Below the pieces are notes generated by a model. It saw only the letters and a program-made list of their open reading frames with translations. It was not told the origin of the DNA and did not search any database. A stretch of 34,814 nucleotides of DNA from Candidatus Poseidoniaceae archaeon. GTDB lineage: Archaea; Thermoplasmatota; Poseidoniia; Poseidoniales; Poseidoniaceae. A program made the position numbers and the translations under genes. Shown piece after piece: positions 23,449 to 33,900 of the stretch (its first letter is position 1; each line of letters starts with the position of its first letter). Location of the stretch: the NCBI GenBank assembly GCA_023254445.1, contig JALRLN010000003.1:1-34814 (forward strand), written 5' to 3'.

Positions 23449-25677
23449 TCAGGCTGATTCCATGCCGAAACCGAAGTCCTTTGCGTTTCGCTTGATGCCG
23501 CTCAGGCCGGACGTCAACGAGCGCTCCATTTTGTCGTAGTATTCCAACATCTCCGGGGTAACGGTGGGGCGCACGCGGCCGATGGCCTCTTCGAAGTGGC
23601 CTTTGTTGACCTTTTTCTTCCCTGCACGCATGGCAATGAGGGCGGCTTCCCTGCACACCGCCTCGATGTCTGCTCCAGTAAAATTGTCCAATTTTCCAAG
23701 GATGTCTTTCATCGAGAAGGTCGCCATTGGCATCCCCTCAGAATGGATGGCGAGGATCGCCTCACGAGAGGCGGCGTCGGGCGGTGGAACGTGCAGCACA
23801 CGCTCAAAACGACCGCTGCGCAACAGGGCTGGGTCGATCATTTCCGGTCGGTTTGTGGCAGCCACGATGATCACCCCGTCGAGCGATTCGACCCCGTCCA
23901 TGCTGGCCAGAAGTTGGTTCACGACGCGATTGGCAACGTCGGACCCTCCGCTCGAACTGTTGGAGGCACGCATGCTTGCGATGGACTCGAATTCATCGAG
24001 GAAGATGATGGAAGGCGCGGATTGCTTGGCCTTCTTGAACACCTCACGGATGGCCCGTTCGGATTCACCGACCCATTTCGAGATCAACTCTGGCCCCTTG
24101 ATGCTGATGAAGTTGGCCTGTGCTTCGTTTGCGATGGCCTTCGCCAAGAGGGTCTTTCCGGTTCCTGGTGCGCCAAAGAGCACGATGCCACGAGGTGGTT
24201 TGATTCCGAAATGCTCGAAGAGTTCCGGCTTTGTGAGCGGCCACTCGACGCTTTCCTTGAGGCGCTCTTTGACTTCCGTGAGGCCTCCAACTTCTTCCCA
24301 GCCGACTTCAGGCACCTCGACGTAGATTTCACGCAAGGCAGACGGTTCAACGTCGCGGATGGCTTCCCTGAAGTCGTTCATGTTGACTTCCATTTTTTCC
24401 AGCACCTCTGGTGGGATGGTTTCCGCATCGAGGTCAATTTCGGGCAGGTACCGACGCAAGGCCTTCATGGCCGATTCGCGAACGAGTGCGCCGAGGTCAG
24501 CGCCGACAAAGCCGTAGGTGTTGTCGATGATCCACGTCATGTCGAAATCGTCGGCAATCGGCATTTGCCGGGTATGAATCTCCATGATTTCGCAGCGTCC
24601 TTCCCGGTCTGGAACGCCAATTTCGATCTCCCGGTCGAAGCGGCCCGGCCGTCGCAACGCAGGATCGAGTGCGTCCTGACGGTTGGTGGCACCAATGACC
24701 ACGACGTTCTCTCGCCCCTGCATGCCGTCCATGAGGGTCAGCATCTGCGCGACAACCCGCCGCTCCACCTCGCCGGAGACGTCCTCTCGCTTCGGGCAAA
24801 TCGAATCGATTTCGTCGATGAAGACGATGGCTGGCGCGTTCTCAGCTGCTTCGTCGAAAATTTCTCGCAGTTGCTTCTCGGATTCGCCGTAGTACTTCGA
24901 GATGATTTCAGGTCCATTGATGGACTTGAAGTGGGCGTTGACCTCGGTGGCAACGGCCTTGGCGATCATCGTTTTGCCCGTCCCAGGCGGGCCGTGAAGC
25001 AGCACGCCCTTCGGTGGGTCAATGCCGAGCCGCCGGAACAATTCAGGGTGCTTGAGCGGCAGTTCAATCATTTCTCGGATCTTTTGCAACTGCTGGCCAA
25101 TGCCACCGATGTCTTCGTAGGTGATGCCCTCGGATTGACCGACTTCCTCGTCGTCGACCGCTTCGTCCTTCAACACGATTTCCGTGTCGTTCGTCACCCG
25201 GACGATTCCCTTCGGGTTGGTTTGGAGAACGGCAAACGGAAGGGTTTCGCTGAACAACGTCATTCCGGGGATGAAGATGCGGTCGCCCGCCATGACGGGC
25301 CGCTTGTGCAAGCCTCGGCGAGCGAATCCTTCGATGCCAGGGCCGAACTTCACCTTCTGCTTGTTCGGCATGACGGGAGAAAGCACGAGTTTCTTGCAGT
25401 CCTTTGGCTCGACTTTGGAGACCGTGACCCGGTCCCCGAGCGACACGCCGGCGTTTTTGCGGATGATGCCGTCCACGCGAATGATGTCGAGCCGTGCGTC
25501 CTCAGGACGGCTTCGCCAATAGATGGCCGCTGTGGACCTCGATTCGCCCTTGATTTCGACAATGTCGCCGGGCTTCAAGTCCAAGCCGTGGTCGCCGGAA
25601 ATTCGGGCACGGCCATGCCCCACGTCCGACGGGACCGCCTTCGATACGCGCAGGGAGACACCTTCCTCATCGCTCAT
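23449..25677 (-). CDS. cdc48: Cdc48/VCP/p97-type double-ring AAA+ ATPase
   Basis: The N-domain reads [18 protein letters not shown]...[12 protein letters not shown]1 has Walker A GPPGTGKT and Walker [10 protein letters not shown]2 has GAPGTGKT and [11 protein letters not shown] 25677 is preceded by GGAGGTGA. The 48-codon upstream extension in the ORF track looks non-coding. Confidence 0.95.
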   Translation of the reverse strand: MSDEEGVSLRVSKAVPSDVGHGRARISGDHGLDLKPGDIVEIKGESRSTAAIYWRSRPEDARLDIIRVDGIIRKNAGVSLGDRVTVSKVEPKDCKKLVLSPVMPNKQKVKFGPGIEGFARRGLHKRPVMAGDRIFIPGMTLFSETLPFAVLQTNPKGIVRVTNDTEIVLKDEAVDDEEVGQSEGITYEDIGGIGQQLQKIREMIELPLKHPELFRRLGIDPPKGVLLHGPPGTGKTMIAKAVATEVNAHFKSINGPEIISKYYGESEKQLREIFDEAAENAPAIVFIDEIDSICPKREDVSGEVERRVVAQMLTLMDGMQGRENVVVIGATNRQDALDPALRRPGRFDREIEIGVPDREGRCEIMEIHTRQMPIADDFDMTWIIDNTYGFVGADLGALVRESAMKALRRYLPEIDLDAETIPPEVLEKMEVNMNDFREAIRDVEPSALREIYVEVPEVGWEEVGGLTEVKERLKESVEWPLTKPELFEHFGIKPPRGIVLFGAPGTGKTLLAKAIANEAQANFISIKGPELISKWVGESERAIREVFKKAKQSAPSIIFLDEFESIASMRASNSSSGGSDVANRVVNQLLASMDGVESLDGVIIVAATNRPEMIDPALLRSGRFERVLHVPPPDAASREAILAIHSEGMPMATFSMKDILGKLDNFTGADIEAVCREAALIAMRAGKKKVNKGHFEEAIGRVRPTVTPEMLEYYDKMERSLTSGLSGIKRNAKDFGFGMESA

Positions 25678-25802
25678 GCTGGGTTCACCTCCGCGGCGTG
25701 GCCGCGAACATGGGAGTCTGCACCCGACCCCCTTTGAACCCCACCACAAGCCCGGCCGGTGAGGTGAGCAGGGTTGAAGGGTGGCCTGCCGCTCGGCGGA
25801 AC

Positions 25803-27431
25803 ATGACCCACGTGTTGGCAACGGGCTTGGACCTCCTTGAGCACACCAACGAAAGCGGATTGCCCGCTGTTCGCGGATGGAACATCATCAACGGCCACAT
25901 GACGGAGGCCAGCAGCGGTGAGCGCTTCGAGTCCCGGAATCCTGCGCGGTTGCACGACCTGTTGGGCACCTTCCCACGCTCAGGCAAGTCGGACGTGAAC
26001 GCGGCCCTCGACGCAGCCCATGCTGCGTTGCCCTCGTGGTCGGCCACCCCCGCCCCAACCCGTGGGCAGATCATTGGCAACATGGCCCGGATGCTCATCG
26101 ACCTCAAGGACGACCTTGTTCGTTTGGAGACGAGGGAGATTGGAAAGACGGTCAAAGAATCGGGTGGCGAGGTGCAAGAGGCCATCGACACCTGCTTGTT
26201 CTTCCAAGCCGAAGGCCGACGCCTGTATGGTCAAACCGTGCACAGCGAACTGCCCAACAAGGAATTGTCCACCTACCGAAGGCCCCTTGGCGTCTGTGCC
26301 ATCATCAACGCCTGCAACTTCCCTGCAGCCGTCCCGTTTTGGAAAATCATCCCGGCCCTCATCTGCGGCAACACCGTGGTGTGGAAGTCCCCTCAAGATG
26401 CCCCCCTGCTTTCGTTTGCGCTCGCGCGGATCATGCACCAAGCGGGCCTACCTGACGGCGTTGTCAACCTCGTGCACGGCACGGGCTCAGGCGCCGGGCA
26501 GCACCTGATCGACGCCGTCGACGAGGGCCGTGTCAACAAGGTCTCCTTCACTGGATCCACCGGGGTGGGCAAAATGATCGGTGAAGTCTGCGGACGCAAT
26601 TTGGTGCACTGTTCCCTGGAACTCGGCGGCAAGAACCCCCTCGTGGTCATGCCCAGCGCTGACCTCACCAACGCCGTGGAGGGGGCCTATTGGGCCGCCT
26701 TCGGCACCGCAGGGCAGCGGTGCACCAGTTTGGGCAACCTCATTGTCCATCAGGACGTGTACGACGAATTCGTCGAGCGCTTCATGGCCAAGGTCCGCTC
26801 GACGCGGATCGGCGATTCCTTGCGCCACGAAGGCGTGCTCTACGGGCCGATGCTGTCCGAAAAATACGGGGCAGATTTCCTCAAGGGACTTGAGATGTGC
26901 GAAGCAGACGGCGCGACGAAACTCTGGGGCGAAGGGCGAATCACCGTGGACAACGCACCGGAAGGCTTCCTCAGCGAGGCCGATGAAGGCGTCTTCATGT
27001 GGCCCCACGTCTATGCGGACGTCACGGAAGGCATGCAGTGCTTCATGGAGGAGATCTTCGGGCCCGTCGTGACCATCGTCAAAGCCGACGATTTCGACCA
27101 TGCCCTGCACTTGGCCAACGCCTCACCGTACGGCCTGTCCAGTGCGTGTTACACGAACGACCGCCTCGAGGCCTACCGCTTCAAGACGGGGATCAAAGCA
27201 GGGATGACCGGCATCAACAACTCAACGACCGGTGCCGAAGCCCACCTGCCCTTTGGCGGTGTCAAGCAGTCCGGAAACGGCACACGTGAGTCTGGCATGT
27301 GGGTCATCGAGGCCTATTCGTACTGGCACGCGGTGAACGACGAACTCAGCGGGCAGCTTCAGTTGGCGCAGATGGACGTGGAGGAAGTCCACGTGGCAGA
27401 GGCTGAAGTTGATTGGTCCAGCCTTGCTTGA
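25803..27431 (+). CDS. NAD(P)+-dependent aldehyde dehydrogenase family protein (substrate not assignable by eye)
   Basis: ALDH motifs are present: FTGSTGVGK, the catalytic Glu in SLELGGKNP, the catalytic Cys in FGTAGQRCTS, and EEIFGPV. The start is taken as ATG 25803. The ORF track begins at GTG 25698. Confidence 0.88.
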   Translation: MTHVLATGLDLLEHTNESGLPAVRGWNIINGHMTEASSGERFESRNPARLHDLLGTFPRSGKSDVNAALDAAHAALPSWSATPAPTRGQIIGNMARMLIDLKDDLVRLETREIGKTVKESGGEVQEAIDTCLFFQAEGRRLYGQTVHSELPNKELSTYRRPLGVCAIINACNFPAAVPFWKIIPALICGNTVVWKSPQDAPLLSFALARIMHQAGLPDGVVNLVHGTGSGAGQHLIDAVDEGRVNKVSFTGSTGVGKMIGEVCGRNLVHCSLELGGKNPLVVMPSADLTNAVEGAYWAAFGTAGQRCTSLGNLIVHQDVYDEFVERFMAKVRSTRIGDSLRHEGVLYGPMLSEKYGADFLKGLEMCEADGATKLWGEGRITVDNAPEGFLSEADEGVFMWPHVYADVTEGMQCFMEEIFGPVVTIVKADDFDHALHLANASPYGLSSACYTNDRLEAYRFKTGIKAGMTGINNSTTGAEAHLPFGGVKQSGNGTRESGMWVIEAYSYWHAVNDELSGQLQLAQMDVEEVHVAEAEVDWSSLA

Positions 27432-27505
27432 CCTGCGTGGCGTCGCCGCATCCCATAAAGACCCGCTGACCGAGCCCACATCACCCGGAGACGGGAGGTA
27501 TCCCC

Positions 27506-28309
27506 ATGGGACAAGGCGTCAGGCTTCCTGTCATCAACGGACTCGGCCGCACAGACCGTCGGGACGGTTGGCTCGGCCAACCCTTCGTCATGGCCATCGC
27601 GCTCGTCGCCCTGATGGTGTACACGGGTTGGCGGCTTCTCGTGATGGACGGCGACATCCATTACGACGACCACCGGGTGACATCCCCCATTTTCTCACCC
27701 GACGTGCTTCACCTCTCCGGCCTCACCGATTATCCGGGTTGGCTGAATTCGGCCATCCTGATCCTCTGGTTGCCCTTTGGATTCCGGGGTACGTGCTACT
27801 ACATGCGACGGGTCTACTACCGTTCCTTCTTCGCCAGCCCTGTGGCGTGCTGGGTCGACGAGCCTGACATCAACAAGAAGATCGGATACGCTGGAGAGCG
27901 ACGCCTCTTCATCTTCAACAACCTGCATCGGTATTTTCTGTACGCAGCCATCGCCATTTTGTTGTTCAAGTGGTGGGACGTCATCCATTCCCTGCACATC
28001 GGGCACGGGTTCATCCTTGATGTCGGCAGCATTGTCCTGGCCACAGAGTCGTTCCTGCTCACCATGTACGTGACGTCCTGTCACGCGTTCAGGCACCTTG
28101 TCGGAGGTGCCCTCGACCGCTGGAACGGTGGCCTCTCCAGCCTCCGCGGGCGACTGTTTGCCTTGGTGTCCTCCCCTCGTTTGAACCAGAGCCACGGATT
28201 CTGGTTCTGGACCAGCCTCGGATTCGTGTTCGTTGGTGATTTGTTCGTAATGGCGGTGGCGAACGGCACGATTCCTGAGGCCAGCATTGTGCTCATTGGG
28301 GGTGTGTGA
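27506..28309 (+). CDS. Membrane anchor / cytochrome b subunit of succinate dehydrogenase-fumarate reductase (single large anchor, about 5 TM)
   Basis: The 267-aa hydrophobic protein lies directly upstream of the flavoprotein gene (stop TGA immediately followed by ATG). Conserved-looking His residues sit in helices (NNLHRYF, IHSLHIGHG, SCHAFRHLVGG). GGGAGGT lies 6 nt before the ATG. Confidence 0.65.
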   Translation: MGQGVRLPVINGLGRTDRRDGWLGQPFVMAIALVALMVYTGWRLLVMDGDIHYDDHRVTSPIFSPDVLHLSGLTDYPGWLNSAILILWLPFGFRGTCYYMRRVYYRSFFASPVACWVDEPDINKKIGYAGERRLFIFNNLHRYFLYAAIAILLFKWWDVIHSLHIGHGFILDVGSIVLATESFLLTMYVTSCHAFRHLVGGALDRWNGGLSSLRGRLFALVSSPRLNQSHGFWFWTSLGFVFVGDLFVMAVANGTIPEASIVLIGGV

Positions 28310-30166
28310 ATGACCGAGGAGCACTACACGAAGCATGAATACGACGTGGTCATCATCGGCGCCGGTGGCGCCGGCCTCCGGGCCGCCATTGAAGCCGCGC
28401 GAGAAGGGGCCAGGACGGCCGTGATCACGAAATCCCTGCTTGGCAAGGCGCACACGGTCATGGCCGAGGGTGGATGCGCTGCCTCCTTGGGCAACGCCGA
28501 CGACCGGGACAGTTGGAAAGTCCATTTCCATGACACCATGAAGGGCAGCAAGTACCTCGCAGACTGGCGCATGGCTGAGATTCACGCCAAAGAGGCCCCA
28601 GACCGCGTTCGGGAACTCGAACAATGGGGTGCAGTGTTTGATCGCACCCCGACCCACGTCATCAACCAGCGGAACTTCGGGGGCCACACCTTCCCGAGGT
28701 TGGCCCACGTCGGGGACTCCACCGGGCTCGAAATCATCCGGACCCTCCAAGAACGCGGCATCCACGAAGGCATTGACATGTTCACCGAACATACGGTTCG
28801 GCACTTGCTGAAAGAAGGCGACCGGGTCACCGGATGCGTGGCCTACGGGCGCGTGAAGGGCGACTTCCACGCTTTTTCTGCGAAGTCCGTGGTGCTTGCA
28901 ACCGGAGGCATCACGCGGTGCTGGACGGTCTGTTCAGGATCGTGGGAGTATACGGGGGACGGGCACGCGCTCGCCCTCTGGGCCGGCGCGGAACTTCGCG
29001 ACATGGAATTCGTGCAGTTCCACCCCACCGGCATGGTTTGGCCGCCGAGCGTTCGCGGCATCCTCGTCACCGAGGGTGTGCGTGGCGAAGGTGGACGGCT
29101 GTACAACAGCGAAAAGCAGCGCTTCATGTTCGATTACGTCCCTGACATGTTCAGGGGCGACCACGCCGACACCATTCAGGAAGCAGACCAATGGGTGGCT
29201 GAAGTGGTGAGCGGTCGCAAAGCGACAGTCCGCAGGCCACCTGAATTGCTGACCCGCGACGTGGTCGCGAAGGCCATCAACGCCGAGGTCAAGGCTGGTC
29301 GTGGCTCGCCCCATGGAGGGGCCTTCTTGGACATCGCACACCGAGGCAAAGAGGCCATCCTCCACAAGTTACCATCGATGTACCACCAATTCAAGGAACT
29401 CGCTGGCGTGGACATCAGCGAGGAAATGATGGAGGTGGGTCCCACCGCCCACTACGTCATGGGCGGGGTCCGGGTGGACCCCCAAACCCAAGAGACCACC
29501 GTTCCAGGTTTGTTCGCCTGCGGCGAGGTTGCTTCGGGCTTGCACGGCGCCAACCGGCTGGGTGGCAATTCCTTGTCGGACCTCATCGTCTTCGGCAAGC
29601 GTGCTGGCGAGCACGCCGCCAAGCGCGCCAAGAACCTGGCGCCTCCTCCCATTGACAAGGATCAGGTGCAAGCCGCCATCGCCGACATGGTGGAACCGCT
29701 CAACCGCGGCGAAGGCGAAAATCCGGGCCGAATTTACGACGAAATGCGCGACATGATGCAAGCGAAGGTCGGGATCATCCGGACCAAGGCGGAACTTGAG
29801 GAGGCTATCGACGACCTCCGCGCGTTCAAGGCACGGGCGCAGGCATGCTTCCCCGGGACCGACCGACGGTACAACTCTGGATGGCACCAAGCGCTGGACC
29901 TGATCAACATGGCCGACGTGTCGATGGCCGCAACGCTTGCGGCCTTGACCCGTGAGGAAAGCCGCGGCGGCCACACGCGTGACGATTTCCCGACGCCGGA
30001 CGAGGGCCATTGGGGCCAGCACCTGAACATCATCTGGATGGAGGGCGGTGAAATCAAGATCAGGCAAGAGCGGCTCGAGCCGATTCGACAGGATCTGGTG
30101 GCGACCCTCGATGAGGTCAAGGCCATGATCAAGGCCAGGGCCGAAGAACAAGGAGGTGCTCGTTGA
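28310..30166 (+). CDS. sdhA: Succinate dehydrogenase / fumarate reductase flavoprotein subunit
   Basis: The FAD dinucleotide fold is YDVVIIGAGGAGLRAA. The covalent-FAD His context is SLLGKAHTVMAEGG. Further motifs are HPTG, HYVMGGV and the GANRLGGNSL signature. Confidence 0.95.
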   Translation: MTEEHYTKHEYDVVIIGAGGAGLRAAIEAAREGARTAVITKSLLGKAHTVMAEGGCAASLGNADDRDSWKVHFHDTMKGSKYLADWRMAEIHAKEAPDRVRELEQWGAVFDRTPTHVINQRNFGGHTFPRLAHVGDSTGLEIIRTLQERGIHEGIDMFTEHTVRHLLKEGDRVTGCVAYGRVKGDFHAFSAKSVVLATGGITRCWTVCSGSWEYTGDGHALALWAGAELRDMEFVQFHPTGMVWPPSVRGILVTEGVRGEGGRLYNSEKQRFMFDYVPDMFRGDHADTIQEADQWVAEVVSGRKATVRRPPELLTRDVVAKAINAEVKAGRGSPHGGAFLDIAHRGKEAILHKLPSMYHQFKELAGVDISEEMMEVGPTAHYVMGGVRVDPQTQETTVPGLFACGEVASGLHGANRLGGNSLSDLIVFGKRAGEHAAKRAKNLAPPPIDKDQVQAAIADMVEPLNRGEGENPGRIYDEMRDMMQAKVGIIRTKAELEEAIDDLRAFKARAQACFPGTDRRYNSGWHQALDLINMADVSMAATLAALTREESRGGHTRDDFPTPDEGHWGQHLNIIWMEGGEIKIRQERLEPIRQDLVATLDEVKAMIKARAEEQGGAR

Positions 30167-30933
30167 TGTCGCTCAAAGGCCGAAAGCAGGCGTTCCGCGT
30201 GACGCGAGGCGTTGGTGAAGCGGCTGAAATGGAGGAATACGAGATTGAGCTCGATGAGGGCATGGTCGTCCTCGATTGCGTCCATCGCATCCAACACGAG
30301 CAGCAACCCGACCTTGCCGTTCGCTGGAATTGCAAAGCCGGAAAGTGCGGTTCGTGCTCGGCAGAGATCAACGGTCGGCCGCGTTTGATGTGCATGACGC
30401 GGATGTCGGACGTTGTGGCGGAAACCCCTGCCGGAACGCCGATTGAAATTCGACCGATGAAGGCCTTCCCGCACGTGAAGGACCTGGTGACCGACGTGTC
30501 GTGGAATTACGAGGTGGCCCAACGCATCGCACCCATCAAGGGGCCGGAGGCACCGAACTGGGAATTCAATCAGGCCGAAGCGCACAGGGTCCAGCATTTC
30601 CGCGAGTGCATCGAATGCTTCCTGTGCGTGAACACCTGTCACGTCTTGCGAGACCACGAGCGCTTCGACGCGTTCGCTGGACCTCGGAACCTTGTCCGGC
30701 TGGCCCAATACGAGATGCACCCCCTTGACGAGGAGGACCGCTTGCCTGAAATCAAGCATGATTTTGGCGTGGAGTACTGCAACATCACCCGTTGTTGCAC
30801 CGAAGTGTGCCCTGCTGGTATCCGCATCACCGACGACGCCATCATCCCGCTCAAGGAACGCGTCGTGGACCGGTACTACGACCCACTGCAACGGATTTGG
30901 CGCGCCATCACTGGCCGGAAGGTCCGGATGTGA
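30166..30933 (+). CDS. sdhB: Succinate dehydrogenase / fumarate reductase iron-sulfur subunit
   Basis: The 2Fe-2S motif is CKAGKCGSCSAEINGRPRLMC. The 4Fe-4S motif is CIECFLCVNTC. The third cluster motif is CNITRCCTEVCP. ATG 30166 overlaps the sdhA stop (TGATG), with GGAGGTG 7 nt upstream. Confidence 0.93.
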   Translation: MSLKGRKQAFRVTRGVGEAAEMEEYEIELDEGMVVLDCVHRIQHEQQPDLAVRWNCKAGKCGSCSAEINGRPRLMCMTRMSDVVAETPAGTPIEIRPMKAFPHVKDLVTDVSWNYEVAQRIAPIKGPEAPNWEFNQAEAHRVQHFRECIECFLCVNTCHVLRDHERFDAFAGPRNLVRLAQYEMHPLDEEDRLPEIKHDFGVEYCNITRCCTEVCPAGIRITDDAIIPLKERVVDRYYDPLQRIWRAITGRKVRM

Positions 30934-30983
30934 GCGTCCCCGGAATCCGACACCGCTAAACCGCTTCGGACGAGTCCACAACC

Positions 30984-33900
30984 ATGCGCCAAGCGGCGGC
31001 CACCGTCGCCATCCTTGGCCTGCTCCTGTTGTCTCCCCTGCCGCTTCCCGGTCAGGCCTCGTACGACCACACAAATGGGGATGATGCACCTGGACTCAGG
31101 TCCTTGTTTGACGGCTTCGCTGCAAGCACGGGCGAGGACGTTTGGAACATGACGCCGTGGTCGGATGTCGCCGTTCCGGACGGCTTCGACCTCCTCTCCG
31201 TGCTCGATTACAGCGACGTCGGCGTCCTCATCAACAACAACTCGGAGGAAAGCCGTGCCATCGGTTGGGCGTTCGTGGCCGCCCGAAACATCAGCAGCGA
31301 CCGGATTTTCGTCTTCAACGGAAGCGACGTACCCACGTCGGAGACCATCAACAGGCAGGCGTTCGAGACGCATTTCGACGGTCCATTTCGGGCGATGCTG
31401 GCGAACAGGAGTTCCTCGACTGACCTCAACTTCCTTGTGACCACGAAGGGGATCCCGCTCCGCATCTCCGGGGGCAACGACAAGGCCAGTTTTGACCAAG
31501 AACTGGCGTTGATTGGTGGATCGTACAACGGGAGCATTGGTCAAAATTGGTGGACAACGCATGCATACGGACCGTTGGCAGGCCAACCGATGGAACGGTT
31601 CTCCCGAGCCGAGCATGGCTTTTTCCTCGTGACGCGTTTGACGGGGTACACCCTCGACACCGCCTTGGACTTGATCGAGCGTGCCAATGAGAGCCTGGGG
31701 TCCCGAGGAACCTACGTGCTGGATCTGGCAACGAACCGAAACGGGTCTGGCTACAAATTTTGGAACGACGACCTCTACGCGGCCAACACATCGTTGCGTG
31801 AAGCGCACAACGCCAGTGTCTTGTTTGACGAGACCTCCACCTTCATCACGAACGTCTCCGACGTGTTGGGGTACGCCTCGTGGGGCAGCAACGACGGGTC
31901 ATGGAGCCAGAACTTCCTCCCAGACTACGGTTTTGAAGCCGCGGATGCCTCGACGTCGAGCGGTCGACGGTCCTGGGAAGCAAGCGCCGCCACGCCCACA
32001 GCCAGCGAGGCGTTTGGATGGGTGGTGGACAACACCACCACGCGCGGTGGGCAAGCGTCGATGGCCTTGCAGATGGCGGCTGATTGCAACGCGAGTTCCG
32101 GTCGAAACGTCTCGGGCCTGCTGGGCGAATACTTCGACAATGCGGCAGGCGTGACCATACCGAACGGCGGCATGCCTGAGTTGATCGACCGCGCTTCATC
32201 GTACGCTCAGGTCGAGGCAAACCTCGACAACAGCGTGTCATACAACGCCTACGCAGGACTTGACGACCGGTTCAAGGTGAATTGGGGTGCTCGCTTCAGC
32301 GGTTTGATCGACGTTCCATGGTCGGGAAATTGGACGTTTTACCTTGACAGCGACGACGGCTCTGAACTGTGGGTGGACGGGGTATCCATCGTCCAAAACC
32401 ATGGCATGCACGGCATGCGTGAAACAAGCGGATGGGTCAACCTTAGCGAAGGTATGCACGACTTGAGGGTGGAATTTTACCAAGGAAATGGACCTCACGG
32501 ACTTCGAATGTCGTGGTCCACATCGAACCTCAGCAAATCCATTGTCCCATCGTCTGCCCTTTCTGTCGCATCGTCGTGGGTGCCATCGGTGGGCACCCTT
32601 GAGCACCACTGGTCCTTTGAAGACGGGAGTGGAAGTTCTGCCTCCGATGCGGTCGGTGGTGCGAACTTGACGTTGTACGGTATGAACGCCTCCAATTGGC
32701 GTTCGTGCGCGGACGGTGGCTGCCTGTGGTACGACGGAGAGGATGACTATGCCGAGGTGGACGTGTCCGACTGGGACGGGGACCTCACCGTGAGCCAATG
32801 GGTCTGGGCCAACACGAGCACCCTGCCTGATTACGCCTCGGTGTTTGCGGTGTCGAACAACGCAGGAGCCAACGCCTCCTTTCAGCACGCGGCGTTCAAC
32901 GGCGAATGGCGCCTTCATAACAACCAAACCCACACCTTTGGAGGCATCGAAGCCCAGCAGTGGATGCACCTTGTCACGGTCTACGACGGTGGTGAGGTCC
33001 GCCAGTACCTCGATGGGGTGCTGGTCAACACGCATCAGCAGCCCGCGGGGGCCATCAACGAGGTTGAACGCTATCGGCTTGGTGTCAACCGTGCGGGCAG
33101 CGTGCACTTTGAGGGGATGATCGATGAGGTCATGGTCTGGAGCAGCGCCCTCGACGCGTGGGAAATCACGGCCCTGCATCGAACGGTGTTGACCTCGTGC
33201 CAACCGTTGAGCACCGGTGGCACCGATGTGGCCCGGCTTGAGCAAACCTACGCGATTGGACCGGACGTGCGCGACCATGCGTGGCTTGGGATCGCGTACG
33301 GGATGAGCACCGACGAAGCGCACGGCGCGTTCAGCGTGATGTACGAAGGGCTTGATGCGTCGGGCCAGGTCCTCTCAACGAACACGTCGTCTCCCCGCAG
33401 TTTCACCTCGGCATGGGCAACCGGAGTCTACCGGTTTCGCCCTGATGCCAACGCCACGACCCTCCGGGTGACGGTTCTCATCGACGTGGGCAGCACGTCC
33501 ACGGACGGAGCGCTGCACATCGATGACGTGCTGCTGCGGGCGATTCGTCCATCGATGGGTTGGCTTCCGGGGGCGATTGCGGAGACAGCGGTGTCGACGG
33601 GTGGGCGAAGTTTCACATGGGGGACGTCCTACGGCCAATCGCTTGTCGCTGACCTGCTCGAGGATGGCGTATCTGGGGTCAAAGGCTACGTGTACGAGCC
33701 GTACTTGACGGCCGTCGGACGTCCATCGGTGCTGTTTGATGCGTACGCGTCAGGATACGGCTTCGCCGAGGCCAACGCCATGGCCAACCTGCAAATCGGT
33801 TGGATGGGGGTGGTCGTCGGTGACCCGAAGATGGCGCCCTACGCTGACCGGCTCCATGATGCGGTGGTGGTCGACGCGCGCGTAGCAGGAAACGTCACCG

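Noticed and set aside
23596-25737. 713-aa plus-strand ORF opposite cdc48
   Set aside because: Cdc48 on the minus strand has both Walker A and Walker B pairs. The plus-strand frame is a GC-rich shadow with no motif.
25698-25802. 35-codon N-terminal extension of the aldehyde dehydrogenase ORF (GTG 25698 or ATG 25710)
   Set aside because: The extension (MAANMGVCTRPPLNPTTSPAGE...) is Pro/Thr/Arg-rich and would begin only 21 nt from the divergent cdc48 start. ALDH-like sequence begins after ATG 25803. The start remains somewhat uncertain.
29734-33323. Minus-strand ORFs 29734..31089 (451 aa), 30876..31808 (310 aa) and 32238..33323 (361 aa), the only sizeable track entries right of sdhB
   Set aside because: They are antisense to sdhA/sdhB and to the uninterrupted plus-strand frame 30984-34814, which contains PA14, LamG and other recognisable modules. 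Their translations are Arg/Gly/His/Pro-rich with no hydrophobic periodicity.
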